DNA from: a virus | DNA: 64,000 nt | Direction: 5' to 3' (one strand) | IMG/VR virus record: IMGVR_UViG_3300005688_000028 | Location: 1-64,000 of that record | Shown: positions 17,910 to 27,548 of the stretch, one piece after another | Layout: each line of letters begins with the position of its first letter | How positions within the stretch are numbered: position 1 is the first letter of the stretch | The notes under the pieces: model-generated | Told to the model about the DNA's origin: nothing | The model's input: the letters and a program-made list of their open reading frames with translations, nothing else | Database searches by the model: none | Program-made: the position numbers and the translations under genes

Positions 17910-19298
17910 TCAAGTCGAGGCGTTCAGATTGATGGTGTTCGGGTAGAGCTTCGTTTGCGGCGTGGCCGGATACAGGTTCTCGGCCGGCGTCGAGATCCGG
18001 ATGTCGAGGACGCCCGCGACCCGCCGAAGCTCGGCCAAGAGCTGGAACAGGATGAGCGGCTTGCCGGGCGCAAGCGCCTGCATGAAGCCGGTGATCTCGT
18101 CGATGACCCGCGCCTCGACCTCGTTGAAGCTGAAGCCCTCTTCGATGACCATGAAGCCGGCGATGTCGATGCTCTGAAGGTCCGGCGCGACCACCCGGAG
18201 ACGACCACCCGGGACGCGCCATCCGGGCGCCCGCGAGGCCAACGTGATGAGCCCTTCGATGGCAGCCTGAAGCTCCGCGATGAAGCCCGTGAAGACGCTG
18301 TAGCCGAAGACCTTGACGGCCTTGCCGCCGATCGCCATCTGCGCCGAGTCCGGGTGAAGCTGCGCCACGCCCCGCTCATGCAGCGTGACCCACTCGCGCG
18401 AGCCCGCGGGGATCTCGACCGTGTCGATCGACACCCGCGGAGTCGTGGCCGCCGGTCCCTCGAAGTGGAACGAGAGCAGGCCCCCGCTCGGGGTGGTGAA
18501 GTTGACTTCGGCGCCCGCCCGCGTGGCACTCTGGAAGCCCGTCCCGTCGTCCACGACGAGCAGGGCATAGGCCGGGTTGTTCGCGTCCTCGACGATGAAG
18601 GCGTGGATCGCCCGAGTCCCGTCTTCGGCCTGGAAGACGCGGGCCAGGTACTCGGCCGCGGGCTTGCTCGTCTGCGCGAGGCTCGCCTGGTAGTTGAGCG
18701 CCCGCCACCGAAGCTGGTCGTCACTCTCGAGGAGGCGCCCGCCCGAAAGCCTGCGGAGGTTCGTGCAAGCCACGATCGCCGTGACCGGGCTGAAGGTGAT
18801 GACCGAGACGGCACCGGCCGGCGCGTTGCCCTGGTCGCCCAGCGTGAGGCACACGACGCGCACGGGCTCTTGCCCCGTGGCCGGATAGACGAGCTGCCCG
18901 TCCGCGAAGGTGAACGCCTCGGTGGTGATGTACTCGACGTTGGGGTTCGACCTCAGCGCGACCCTGATTCCCGCTGGCACGTCGAGCGCCCCGGAACCGC
19001 TCTGACGCTCGAAGCTCATCGCGGCGCCCGAGGCCGCACTCGGCCCAAGGCGTGGCTCCATGCCGAGGATCTGCGCCACGCGCTCGTCGAGGTCGGTGCC
19101 CCGGCCGTTGAGCTGGAAGGCCCGGAGAAGGCCGGCAATCCGGGTGTCGGTCAGTGCCCCTTGGAGCGCCACGAGGCCCATGATGGTGTGGGCCCCGCCG
19201 CCTTCTTCGAGGTCGGTGATCTCGCCGTTGCTCTGCGCGATGAGCTGCGCCATGAGCTCGGCGCGGATCTCGTCGGCCGTTCTGGGCTCGAAGGGCAT
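17910..19298 (-). CDS. baseplate J-like protein
   Basis: ITDLEEGG, G.DLD, VPAG, C...G..GN...G, GG...ESDDQLR.R. Confidence 0.9.
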   Translation of the reverse strand: MPFEPRTADEIRAELMAQLIAQSNGEITDLEEGGGAHTIMGLVALQGALTDTRIAGLLRAFQLNGRGTDLDERVAQILGMEPRLGPSAASGAAMSFERQSGSGALDVPAGIRVALRSNPNVEYITTEAFTFADGQLVYPATGQEPVRVVCLTLGDQGNAPAGAVSVITFSPVTAIVACTNLRRLSGGRLLESDDQLRWRALNYQASLAQTSKPAAEYLARVFQAEDGTRAIHAFIVEDANNPAYALLVVDDGTGFQSATRAGAEVNFTTPSGGLLSFHFEGPAATTPRVSIDTVEIPAGSREWVTLHERGVAQLHPDSAQMAIGGKAVKVFGYSVFTGFIAELQAAIEGLITLASRAPGWRVPGGRLRVVAPDLQSIDIAGFMVIEEGFSFNEVEARVIDEITGFMQALAPGKPLILFQLLAELRRVAGVLDIRISTPAENLYPATPQTKLYPNTINLNAST

Positions 19299-19316
19299 CG
19301 CGGCATCCCTGGTGTT

Positions 19317-19392
19317 TGGATGCAGGGGCCGGACTCGAACCGGCGACCTCTGGGGTATGAGCCCTGCGCGCTACCAACTGCGCCACCCTGCT
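19317..19392 (-). tRNA. tRNA-Met(CAT), initiator-like, CCA encoded
   Basis: AGCAGGG TG GCGC AGTTGGTA GCGC G CAGGG CTCATAC CCCAG AGGTC GCCGG TTCGAGT CCGGC CCCTGCA T CCA; 1:72 mismatch and GGG/CCC anticodon stem. Confidence 0.92.
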
Positions 19393-19423
19393 GCGGCCAT
19401 CGTGCATAGGGGTCGGCGGGGTG

Positions 19424-19433
19424 GTGAGCTTTC
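19424..19433 (-). promoter_or_regulatory. late-promoter box GAAAGCTCAC (tRNA/baseplate J unit)
   Basis: exact motif; CACGAT -10; 31 nt to tRNA nucleotide 1. Confidence 0.75.
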
Positions 19434-19436
19434 GCG

Positions 19437-21116
19437 TCAGGTCGGGAACGGCCGCACGACCTCGATCGTCGCGCCCGCCGCGGTGCGCACCGAGAACTCA
19501 GCCTCGAACCGCCCGCCCGTCTGCGCCACGCGCATATCGGTGACGGCACGCACGCGGTTGTCGCGCTTCATCTGCGCCCGCGTCTCGAAGCCGATCATGC
19601 CGACGGTGCCCGCCTTGGCGCCCTCGCCGATGAGGGGCGGCAAACCCCACTCGGGGAACACGATGTTTGCGCCCTTGGTCGCCAAGAGGCGCCGCGTCAA
19701 CGCTTGGTCGAGGTTGTCCTCGCCGCGCACGCGGGCGAACTCCGTGGTGCCCTCGATCACGAGGTTGTCGTCGGCGTCGATCGCCAGGTCCACGCCGAAC
19801 AGCTCGGGCGACTGTCCCGCCTGCACGCCCTGCGGCGACGGAGCGCGGAGCATGAGCCCCGGGGTCAGCGGCCCGCCGTCGGGCGCCTCGAACGGGCTCG
19901 CCATGCCGTTGAGGCTCAGAAGCTCGCTCCACCGGGAGGCGTCGCCGAGGACTCGAGCCGCGAAGGCCGGCAGGGTCTCGCCCTGCTCCAAGGGCACGGA
20001 CACCACGGGGCGGCCGTCGACCACGCCATAGGTCCGGTCGGCCGGCGTGCCCCCCACGGCCCGATTCTCTCGCGGGACGTATCGACCGCCTGCCTGGCCG
20101 AGCGTCGCCAGCGCCTTCGCGCGGGCGTTCTCGATGCTGCCATAGGCGCCCATGAACCACTTGCGGGCTTCGGCCCTACCGGCCCCGAGCGGGACCGCGT
20201 CGGCGAAGGCTTCCAAGACCTCGACGGAGTCCACGGCCGCGTCGATGATCTGGTTCGTCACGACGGCCGGGAAGCGGACGTAGGATCGGAGCACGCCAGC
20301 GGCCTCTTTGGCGCTCCGACAGACCGAGGTGAAGTCGTCGAGCGGGGCCTTGAACTGCGCCCACCGGGCCGGCAGCTCGTCTCGGATCTCTGCGAGCGAG
20401 GCCAGGGTCACGGTGTCGGTGGGGCGCTCGTCGAGCACGTCCATGTTCAGGACGCTCATGGGTCGGCGCTCGTCGAGCTCGGCGAGATTGAGCACTCCCT
20501 CGTCGTCGTAGTAGTCGATCTCCTCCAATGGGATAATGGCTTTCACCGCGACGTCCAGCGCCTTGTCGGCCGCCTGTTGCTTCGCGGGTCCGCTCACGGG
20601 TGCGGGCTTCGCGTCGCTCACGAGACCGCGCGTGACCAGCTCGAGGGTGAAGCTCCGAATCGTCCGGGCGCCCTCGGTGTCCCGCACCGGGACGAAGCTC
20701 ATGATCTCGACGAACCAAGCCTCGTCGTTGGCCTCGTCCTGCATGGAGCGGAACACGAGGCGCGGGGCCTTCGCGGGGTCGCGGGAGATCGCGCCCTCGT
20801 AGAGCTTGCCCTCGGCCTCGAAGCGCTTGATGAACTCGACGAACTCCACCATGTGGGCGCGGCCGTCGAGCTCGGTCGCGACGCCGTCGCGGTTGAAGAC
20901 GGGGAAGCGCTTTGCGCCGCCTGATGTGCCGGCGAGGGAGATCGGGAACTCGCGGAAGCCGCTCTTCTGCTCGATCGGCCGGTCGCCGAGCGTCCACTCG
21001 GACACGCGCGCGGGCTGGTAGGCCGGGACGTACCGGGACACGGGCGGGACCACCATGGAGCGAACGGGCTCGCCCGTGACGTGGACCTCGAGCAGAAACC
21101 GGACGTCAGTCGCCAT
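19437..21116 (-). CDS. fused tube-initiator / LysM / gp25-like baseplate protein
   Basis: GETL..FAAR.LGD..RW..L..LNG LysM; C-terminal FGVDL...V.GEDNL.QAL..RL...KG.....P.WG. Confidence 0.7.
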   Translation of the reverse strand: MATDVRFLLEVHVTGEPVRSMVVPPVSRYVPAYQPARVSEWTLGDRPIEQKSGFREFPISLAGTSGGAKRFPVFNRDGVATELDGRAHMVEFVEFIKRFEAEGKLYEGAISRDPAKAPRLVFRSMQDEANDEAWFVEIMSFVPVRDTEGARTIRSFTLELVTRGLVSDAKPAPVSGPAKQQAADKALDVAVKAIIPLEEIDYYDDEGVLNLAELDERRPMSVLNMDVLDERPTDTVTLASLAEIRDELPARWAQFKAPLDDFTSVCRSAKEAAGVLRSYVRFPAVVTNQIIDAAVDSVEVLEAFADAVPLGAGRAEARKWFMGAYGSIENARAKALATLGQAGGRYVPRENRAVGGTPADRTYGVVDGRPVVSVPLEQGETLPAFAARVLGDASRWSELLSLNGMASPFEAPDGGPLTPGLMLRAPSPQGVQAGQSPELFGVDLAIDADDNLVIEGTTEFARVRGEDNLDQALTRRLLATKGANIVFPEWGLPPLIGEGAKAGTVGMIGFETRAQMKRDNRVRAVTDMRVAQTGGRFEAEFSVRTAAGATIEVVRPFPT

Positions 21117-21144
21117 GGCGTCATGTTCCATGCGGCCCCGGTGG

Positions 21145-21173
21145 CGGGTGAGCTTTCCGCGAAAGCTCCCGCT
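21145..21173. promoter_or_regulatory. back-to-back divergent late boxes (GTGAGCTTTC-cgc-GAAAGCTCCC)
   Basis: inverted pair; 31 nt to ATG 21116 (-) and 32 nt to ATG 21203 (+). Confidence 0.75.
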
Positions 21174-21202
21174 TGGCGGCGGGCCTGTGGACGATCGGCC
21201 GC

Positions 21203-22384
21203 ATGGCGAACGAAACCCCGATCGGCGACCTTGTTCAGCTCGATGATGACGAGCGCCTCGACATCCCCGATGCGAGGCGGCTTCAGAGCTTCGTCTACGA
21301 AGCGCTCGCGGATGCGATCGGGGGCACCTTCGGGCCGTGCCATGGCGTCCTGAGTGAGCCCGCCTTCGGGACCGCCGTGAGTGCGGTCACGATCGGCGAA
21401 TGCGTCCTCGTCGGCATCAAGGCCGCGACGGGAGGCACAAAGCGCTTCCGGGGTGGCGTGTTCCCCTACAACCCCGCGAGCAGCTACCAAGCCGGCAACA
21501 CCACGGTCAACCTGAGCGCCTACCAGAGCCCCGAGGCGTTCCCGTACCTGTGGTTCTGTCGCCGGGAGCTCGAGGCGAACATCGAGACCCGCGTTCGTCA
21601 CGTCGGCGGCGTCGAGTCCACCTATCCGCCCAAGACGACGCGGCGGCAATACTTCGGCTTCGGGGCGACCACGGATTTCAGCACCCCGCCCAACGAGACC
21701 GAGGACTGGTTCATCTTCGCGCGCGTCACGGGGTGGAGCGGGGTGTTCCCGAACAAGGTTCCGACGATCGAGCCGGTCCACATCTTCGACAAGGGCAAGC
21801 TGCTCGGGCTCTACGGGACCGCCTCGAACTACCTCGGGGCGTACATGATGGACCAGGACGGCGGCGCGGCCATCGCGCAGGCCATGGGCCTCCTGTCGCA
21901 CTTCATTCTGCGGCTCACCTCGAACACGCACACATTCGACCCGAGCACGCTCGAAGACCTCGCGGCGACGAGCGCGACCTTCGAGCCGGACCCGGCGGTC
22001 CGCGGCATCATGGAGCTGCATGATGATCTCGAGGTCGTTGAGGAGATCGTCAACAACCAGCCGGTGATGCTGGCTTGGGGCTACATCCAGGCCGATGGGG
22101 CGCTTACGGGCGACAACTTCACGGGCATGAACAAGCGCCAAGTCGCAGCCTCGGCCGACTCGAAGCCCGGAACAGGCGAATACAGCCTCAAGGTCAAGGC
22201 GGCCTCGGTGGCGGCGGTCCACGTCACCTTGAGGGCCAGCGCCAGCGACCCGAGCTTCGTCAACAACCCCTCGTGCGTCGTGGGCGGGGGTAACGCGACC
22301 ATCGGGATCAATGTGTTCAACCTCGCAGGCTCGCAGGCCGACCGGCCCCTTTGGGTCACCGTCTGGGGCACCCCAGCGTCCTAA
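21203..22384 (+). CDS. putative virion/baseplate protein on the opposite strand
   Basis: late box; L.D.ERLDIPD N-terminus; C-terminal beta domain (AWGYI...GTGEY). Confidence 0.65.
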   Translation: MANETPIGDLVQLDDDERLDIPDARRLQSFVYEALADAIGGTFGPCHGVLSEPAFGTAVSAVTIGECVLVGIKAATGGTKRFRGGVFPYNPASSYQAGNTTVNLSAYQSPEAFPYLWFCRRELEANIETRVRHVGGVESTYPPKTTRRQYFGFGATTDFSTPPNETEDWFIFARVTGWSGVFPNKVPTIEPVHIFDKGKLLGLYGTASNYLGAYMMDQDGGAAIAQAMGLLSHFILRLTSNTHTFDPSTLEDLAATSATFEPDPAVRGIMELHDDLEVVEEIVNNQPVMLAWGYIQADGALTGDNFTGMNKRQVAASADSKPGTGEYSLKVKAASVAAVHVTLRASASDPSFVNNPSCVVGGGNATIGINVFNLAGSQADRPLWVTVWGTPAS

Positions 22385-23166
22385 TCCACGCGGCGCTGCG
22401 GGGCACTCAGGTACGGCGTCGCCAACTCGCTTGTAGGTTCGGTCAGCGGGACGTGTTGAAGGCTCGGCGCCCCGATGCTCACAAAGGGGTTCTTGAACCC
22501 TGCGGTCGGGGCCGTGCCCGCCTCCGACATCGAAGTGCAGATCGCCTCGACCACCTGCGAAATCTCGTCCACGCGCGCCTTGAGCACGTCGACCAGATAC
22601 TCGCGCAGCGGGTCATAGAGCACGACCTCGCTCAGCGCGTCACCCTCGGTGGACAGCACGGCCAGCCTCCCGCCCTCCTCGTCGTCGCCCACCTGGAGGC
22701 GCAGCGAGCGGCACGCCTTCACGAGCACGTTGCCGTCGCCATCCACGATGACCCGGGCCTTCCCGTTGGCGATCACATAGTCGCGCGGCGTGAAGGTCCC
22801 GGGGTGCATGTCGGTGTCGTCGAGGTCGGGAGGCGTCTCGACCAGCCCATCGGGCTCGTCCATGGCGAGGATGCCCGAGAGGAAGGCCGCGCCCTTGGAG
22901 TCGAACGTCAGGATCGCCTCGGGCGCATCGAAGGGCGAGATCTGGCTTGTCTCGCCCTCGTCGGGGATTCCGACCGGCGCATGCACGAACACGCTCGACG
23001 AGCCACCGGCGCCGCTTTGCAGCGAGCACCACGCGAAGACCTCGGCCGTGCGCGGGTTGACGGCCGTGTAGAAGGTTTGGCCGTTCACCGTGCGCCGGCC
23101 CGTCACCCGGACCCTGAACGGCCCGGGGATGCGGGAGTAGCGTTCGTGGCGGTTGCGGTTGCTCAT
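22381..23166 (-). CDS. baseplate spike (gpV-like)
   Basis: OB-like N-terminus, beta-helix-like ARVIVDGDGNVLV; downstream of the hub gene. Confidence 0.55.
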   Translation of the reverse strand: MSNRNRHERYSRIPGPFRVRVTGRRTVNGQTFYTAVNPRTAEVFAWCSLQSGAGGSSSVFVHAPVGIPDEGETSQISPFDAPEAILTFDSKGAAFLSGILAMDEPDGLVETPPDLDDTDMHPGTFTPRDYVIANGKARVIVDGDGNVLVKACRSLRLQVGDDEEGGRLAVLSTEGDALSEVVLYDPLREYLVDVLKARVDEISQVVEAICTSMSEAGTAPTAGFKNPFVSIGAPSLQHVPLTEPTSELATPYLSAPQRRVD

Positions 23167-25562
23167 GGACCCCTCAAGAAGCAGCTCTGAACCTGTCCGA
23201 GCACCTGCATGACGTTGGGCACCGTCGGCCCCACGGCGGGCAGCGAGGGATCGAACGCGCCGCCGTTGAGGAAGTAGGCGAGGATCGCCGGGGAGTTCGC
23301 GGGCAGAAAGTCGGTCAGGATCGTTCGGTCTGTCTCGGTCAGCGTGTACTCGTCGCGCCCATCGCCATCCGTATCGGCAGCGATCCAAGTCGTGGGGTCG
23401 GTGCCGCTCCCGCTCGACACAAAGCCGAAGGCGCCGCGGTAGTCGTAGTGGACGCCGGTCGATCCCCCGGCAGGGAAGCGCGCCGACGGCGGCCCCGTCT
23501 TGCGGTAGGGCCTTGACGGCTTGCCAGCCTGGTCCGGGGTCGTTCCCGAGATCCCGCCCGCCTCGAAGTTGAGGTACAGGCCACGCCCGCCCTTGGGAAT
23601 GCGACCTTCGTTGCCGAGCCGGGTCAGCGCCGCCCACGTCTGCAACACGCCCGCGGTCTTGATCTGGCCCGCTGGCGCATTCGGCTTCACCTTCACGGCG
23701 AAGTCGAGGGCGCACCCGAGCCGGTGGTTCACCGATGCGTCGTTCGCGCGCAGGACTGCGATCGGGTCAATGACTGCATCGGCGTAGAGCTGGCGCCAAT
23801 AGGCTTCGATGACGTAGGCCACGGCCGCGACCACGAGCACGTTAGCGCGCTTTGAGCCCGTGAGGTCGCCGCGGTTGAAGCCTCGCCCGACCGCCCACGA
23901 ATCGAGCCACGTCGGGACTTTCGAGAGGTCGAGGCTCATGCCCAGCGGGAACGTCGTCGCGGCGCCCTCAGCACACACCACCTTGACCTGCTCGACGGGC
24001 TTCGCCTTCGTCGTCGCGGGCGGCTTCTTCGCCTGGAACACGAGCGGGTCCCGATACCGCTCCTCGAACAGCCCGCGGTCGTACTCGACCACCGTGCGGC
24101 CCGACTGCGCGCCCCGGGCCTGAACGGTCACCGTGTGCGTCACCCGCGTCATGTAGGCCGTGAACGGCTGGTCGCGCCCGATGTCGAGCTGCACCGGCTC
24201 ACCGGCTCGAGCCCTAAGGCCCAGATAGCCGCACTCGAAGCTCCCGACCCTGAAGACGTGCCCGAGGCCGTAGAGGTTCCACCCGAGCAGGCCGATGGTG
24301 CGGAGGCGCTTGGCGAGCTCGAAGTCTCCGAGCTGGTCGGGCGCCATGTCCCAATTGAGCTCCAGCATCTTCGCGCCGTGAAGCTCCACGTCTTTGCGGT
24401 CGAACAGCGGCAGGCCGGCCCAGCTCATGAGCCGGATGGGCTGGCCTCCCATGACGGTCCAGTTGACCGTGACGGCGTTGATCCGCGCCGCGTCCGTGCG
24501 GCGGTGCGAGAACCGGAAGACCTCGTCCTTCCTGAGCTTCAACGCGCGGCCGAGGTCCCACGTCTTGGCCTCGAAGCGCTCGTCGATGCTCACCGCGGCG
24601 GGCTCGCCCTCGTGGGTCACCACCATCTCGGAGAGGCGGCCCGTGCGCCACGGGATGAGCCGGTGGATCATCACCGGCCGCGCGTCCGCGTAGCCCTTGG
24701 CGGTCGGGTCGTTCGTGGCCCCTTCGATGCTCGGGAACATCTCAATCAGCCGCGGCTCGCGCTGGAACGTGCCCATGACCACATCGGCCACGGTGCCGTT
24801 GGGGAGCGCCGACGCAATCGCTGTGGCCCCCGCGACGGGTACAGGGTCCATCGTGCGAAGCGGGGCCACCACGCGGCCCGTGTCAACCGTGTAGGCCGGG
24901 AGGAACAGGTCGGCGAGCGTCGTCGCGCCCGGGATGAGCGTCGGCGGGATGCGGACCGGGCCGAGGAACGAGAGCAGGCCCCCGGGGCCGAACACGAGGC
25001 CGAAGTCGGCGCGCTTGATGATGCGCGTGATCACCTTGAGGTATTGCGACCACCGATCCGCATTCATGATGCCGCCGACCGACTCGGAGAGGCCGACGGC
25101 GACCTCCGTGGGAAGCGTTCGGATGAACTGGAGCGCCCCATCGGCCTGAACCGAGGCGCTGGCGTAGAGCGCGCCTTGCGGCCCCGAGAGAGAGCCAGGC
25201 GAGTCGTTGATGCGGCCGAAGGCCAGCATGCGGCCGGTGGCGTTCTCGATGACCTTGAGCCAGAGCCCGGGGTCGATACTCACCCCGTCCTTGGTCTTCT
25301 GGAAGACCTCGGCGCGCTCCACCTGGCCCGCCTCGTCTTCACGGGGCGACGGCGCGCGAAGCCAATAGGGGTCGCCGGGGTCGCCGCTCACCCTGAGCTC
25401 GCTCGTGAGCAGGTCGCCCAGCGGCAAGGCCAGCTCAGCCGAGATCCAATCCCACGGTGCGGTGGTGCCCTCGGACCACGACACCGACTTGACGTAGCGG
25501 GTCAGGTCGAACGGGGTCCCGCGGCCGTAGGCGTGCGCTTCGATGCGGACGGGGGACAGCAT
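23163..25562 (-). CDS. baseplate hub protein with C-terminal M15-type peptidase (tail lysin)
   Basis: DLTRYV.SVSW; D.ELHG; R.GEP; Y...V.H; then R....SVNH..G.ALD...G.GLY...VHYD.RG. Confidence 0.7.
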   Translation of the reverse strand: MLSPVRIEAHAYGRGTPFDLTRYVKSVSWSEGTTAPWDWISAELALPLGDLLTSELRVSGDPGDPYWLRAPSPREDEAGQVERAEVFQKTKDGVSIDPGLWLKVIENATGRMLAFGRINDSPGSLSGPQGALYASASVQADGALQFIRTLPTEVAVGLSESVGGIMNADRWSQYLKVITRIIKRADFGLVFGPGGLLSFLGPVRIPPTLIPGATTLADLFLPAYTVDTGRVVAPLRTMDPVPVAGATAIASALPNGTVADVVMGTFQREPRLIEMFPSIEGATNDPTAKGYADARPVMIHRLIPWRTGRLSEMVVTHEGEPAAVSIDERFEAKTWDLGRALKLRKDEVFRFSHRRTDAARINAVTVNWTVMGGQPIRLMSWAGLPLFDRKDVELHGAKMLELNWDMAPDQLGDFELAKRLRTIGLLGWNLYGLGHVFRVGSFECGYLGLRARAGEPVQLDIGRDQPFTAYMTRVTHTVTVQARGAQSGRTVVEYDRGLFEERYRDPLVFQAKKPPATTKAKPVEQVKVVCAEGAATTFPLGMSLDLSKVPTWLDSWAVGRGFNRGDLTGSKRANVLVVAAVAYVIEAYWRQLYADAVIDPIAVLRANDASVNHRLGCALDFAVKVKPNAPAGQIKTAGVLQTWAALTRLGNEGRIPKGGRGLYLNFEAGGISGTTPDQAGKPSRPYRKTGPPSARFPAGGSTGVHYDYRGAFGFVSSGSGTDPTTWIAADTDGDGRDEYTLTETDRTILTDFLPANSPAILAYFLNGGAFDPSLPAVGPTVPNVMQVLGQVQSCFLRGP

Positions 25563-25594
25563 GGGCGCGATAGTGCGGGCTGGCCGCGCTTGGC

Positions 25595-25604
25595 GTGAGC
25601 TTTC
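25595..25604 (-). promoter_or_regulatory. late-promoter box GAAAGCTCAC
   Basis: exact; CACTAT -10; 32 nt to ATG 25562. Confidence 0.75.
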
Positions 25605-25762
25605 GCGCGGCGGACCGGGATGTAAAGGCGCCGCGCGAGGTGGCGCGCGGCATGGCACGAACCTTCAGCGGCGGTGCGTGAAGGGCAACGGCGGTATGCG
25701 AGACGCCGCGGTGCAGGGGCCATAGGCCACGGGTGCGCGCGGGTGCGGTTGCTTTCTCTGCG

Positions 25763-25772
25763 GAAACCTCAC
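25763..25772 (+). promoter_or_regulatory. late-promoter box variant GAAACCTCAC
   Basis: GAAGAT -10; 30 nt to ATG 25803. Confidence 0.6.
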
Positions 25773-25802
25773 CCCGCGGCCGGAGGCTGGCGAAGATGAG
25801 GC

Positions 25803-27548
25803 ATGGGCGACAGCCGGACCATCCACGAAGAAGTCATCAAGATCGATTTCGACTCGGAGCAGGCCAAGGCCCGTCTCGCGGAGCTGCAACGCGCGGGCGA
25901 GGCACTGCTGAAGCTCATGGGCGGACCCATGCCCATGTTCTCGGGCGGCGGGGTCGGAGGGGCCAGTGGTGGCGGTAGCACCGTCTCGACGGTCACGACG
26001 ACGATGCAGGCGCAGGCGACGCAAGCGGCGACCGCTGCGACAGGTGGGGGGGTCGGAGGGGGTGGGGCGCCCGCGAGCGCGACGGTCTCGAGCGGGGCGA
26101 TCGTGCCTCCGGTGGGGGCGACGTCGGCGACGGCGCCGACCGGCGGGAGTGGGTCGCCCCGCCCAATGCCAGCCCCGCCATCCCAACCTCCTATCCCGAC
26201 ACCCCGGCCGCCTGACCCATGGGGCAACTTCGATGCGTGGGGCAACCGGCTCGTAAAGCTCCCGTTCCAGGGCGCGCAGGGAGGCAATGCTGGGCTCGCG
26301 AGCGGGTTCGGCGGGCTTGCGTCCTACGCCCTTGGTGGCCCCGCCGGTGTTGCGGCCGCGGCCCTTGGCGCGCTCACCGCAAGTAGCATCGGCGCAATGA
26401 ACGAGGCCAACGCGAAGCGGGCGGCTATCGAGAGCGAATGGGGGTACGCAGGACTCAGTGGCATGCTGGGCGGGTGGGCCGGACAGACAAACCCGAACAC
26501 GATTGGCGAAGGTCTTTCCAACAAGACGATCAATCAGGTTCTTGATTATGGCGCGAGCCTCGGGTTCGGGCCCGACAAGATCACTGGTGGCGTGCGCGAA
26601 TACCTGGCATCGGCGGGCGGCAGCTTCGGCCCCGGCATGAGAATGGATCGCGCATCCAACTGGATCGACATGATGGCCGCCGGCCTATCACCAGGAACGA
26701 TGGGCGGTGTGGACTCGCTGGTCATGACGAAGGGGGCGGAGGGCGACCGTCTCTCCGGGGCCCGGCTTGCTGGGGCCGGATCTTACGGCTTCGGCCTCAC
26801 AGGCGGGCTCGATGGCTGGATGCAGTCGCTCACCGGGCAGGTCGATCGCCTGCTCGACCGAGGCATCAAGGTCAGTCTCACCGATACGGCCGCGCTACTT
26901 GAAGGCATGGCCGCCGACCCAGCGCTTCGCCACCTCGGGAGCAAGGCCCCGTCGGTCGTGGGGGCGCTTGGAGGCGTTGCGGCCGACGCACGGCAGACGC
27001 TCCTCGCGCCGTTCCAGCAGCTCGCCCACCATGCCGTCCTGGCCGATGCGTTGAGCCAAGCGGGCGGCAACCCATTCGATGCCATCCGAATCCTCGAAGA
27101 CCCGGACAAGATGGGCCAGAAGGGCGTTCGTCGTGCAATCTCTGGCCTGCTTGGGACCGGAGACATTGGCAAGGCGGCGATGGCGAACGTCACACGGAAC
27201 CTCGGGCTCGACGAGAGTGGTGCGTTGCTCGGGCTTTCGGACAATGCGCCGTGGTATTCTAGCCCCAGATACACCGACCCGTCTTTCCGAGCTCGTGCCC
27301 GCCTTGAGGCCGAGAAAGAATGGGATGGGGTAACCTGGAAGGCTGGAACACTCGACCAGCACGCCGAATCAGCCCGATCGTCAAGGTCTTGGGCAAAGAT
27401 CGGAGACGGGGCCGCCAAGGCGTTCACCGACTTCATGGACTTCGTCAACAAGCTCACCGGAGGCGGGAACGCTCTCGTCGAATCGCTCGACGCGCTCAAG
27501 ACGAGACTCGACCACTTCAACGTCAAGCCTACCGTCGAGCGCGACTAA
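25803..27548 (+). CDS. tape measure protein (short, inverted orientation)
   Basis: EVIKIDFDSEQAKARLAEL start; Gly/Ala-rich helical body; adjacent to the hub gene. Confidence 0.65.
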   Translation: MGDSRTIHEEVIKIDFDSEQAKARLAELQRAGEALLKLMGGPMPMFSGGGVGGASGGGSTVSTVTTTMQAQATQAATAATGGGVGGGGAPASATVSSGAIVPPVGATSATAPTGGSGSPRPMPAPPSQPPIPTPRPPDPWGNFDAWGNRLVKLPFQGAQGGNAGLASGFGGLASYALGGPAGVAAAALGALTASSIGAMNEANAKRAAIESEWGYAGLSGMLGGWAGQTNPNTIGEGLSNKTINQVLDYGASLGFGPDKITGGVREYLASAGGSFGPGMRMDRASNWIDMMAAGLSPGTMGGVDSLVMTKGAEGDRLSGARLAGAGSYGFGLTGGLDGWMQSLTGQVDRLLDRGIKVSLTDTAALLEGMAADPALRHLGSKAPSVVGALGGVAADARQTLLAPFQQLAHHAVLADALSQAGGNPFDAIRILEDPDKMGQKGVRRAISGLLGTGDIGKAAMANVTRNLGLDESGALLGLSDNAPWYSSPRYTDPSFRARARLEAEKEWDGVTWKAGTLDQHAESARSSRSWAKIGDGAAKAFTDFMDFVNKLTGGGNALVESLDALKTRLDHFNVKPTVERD

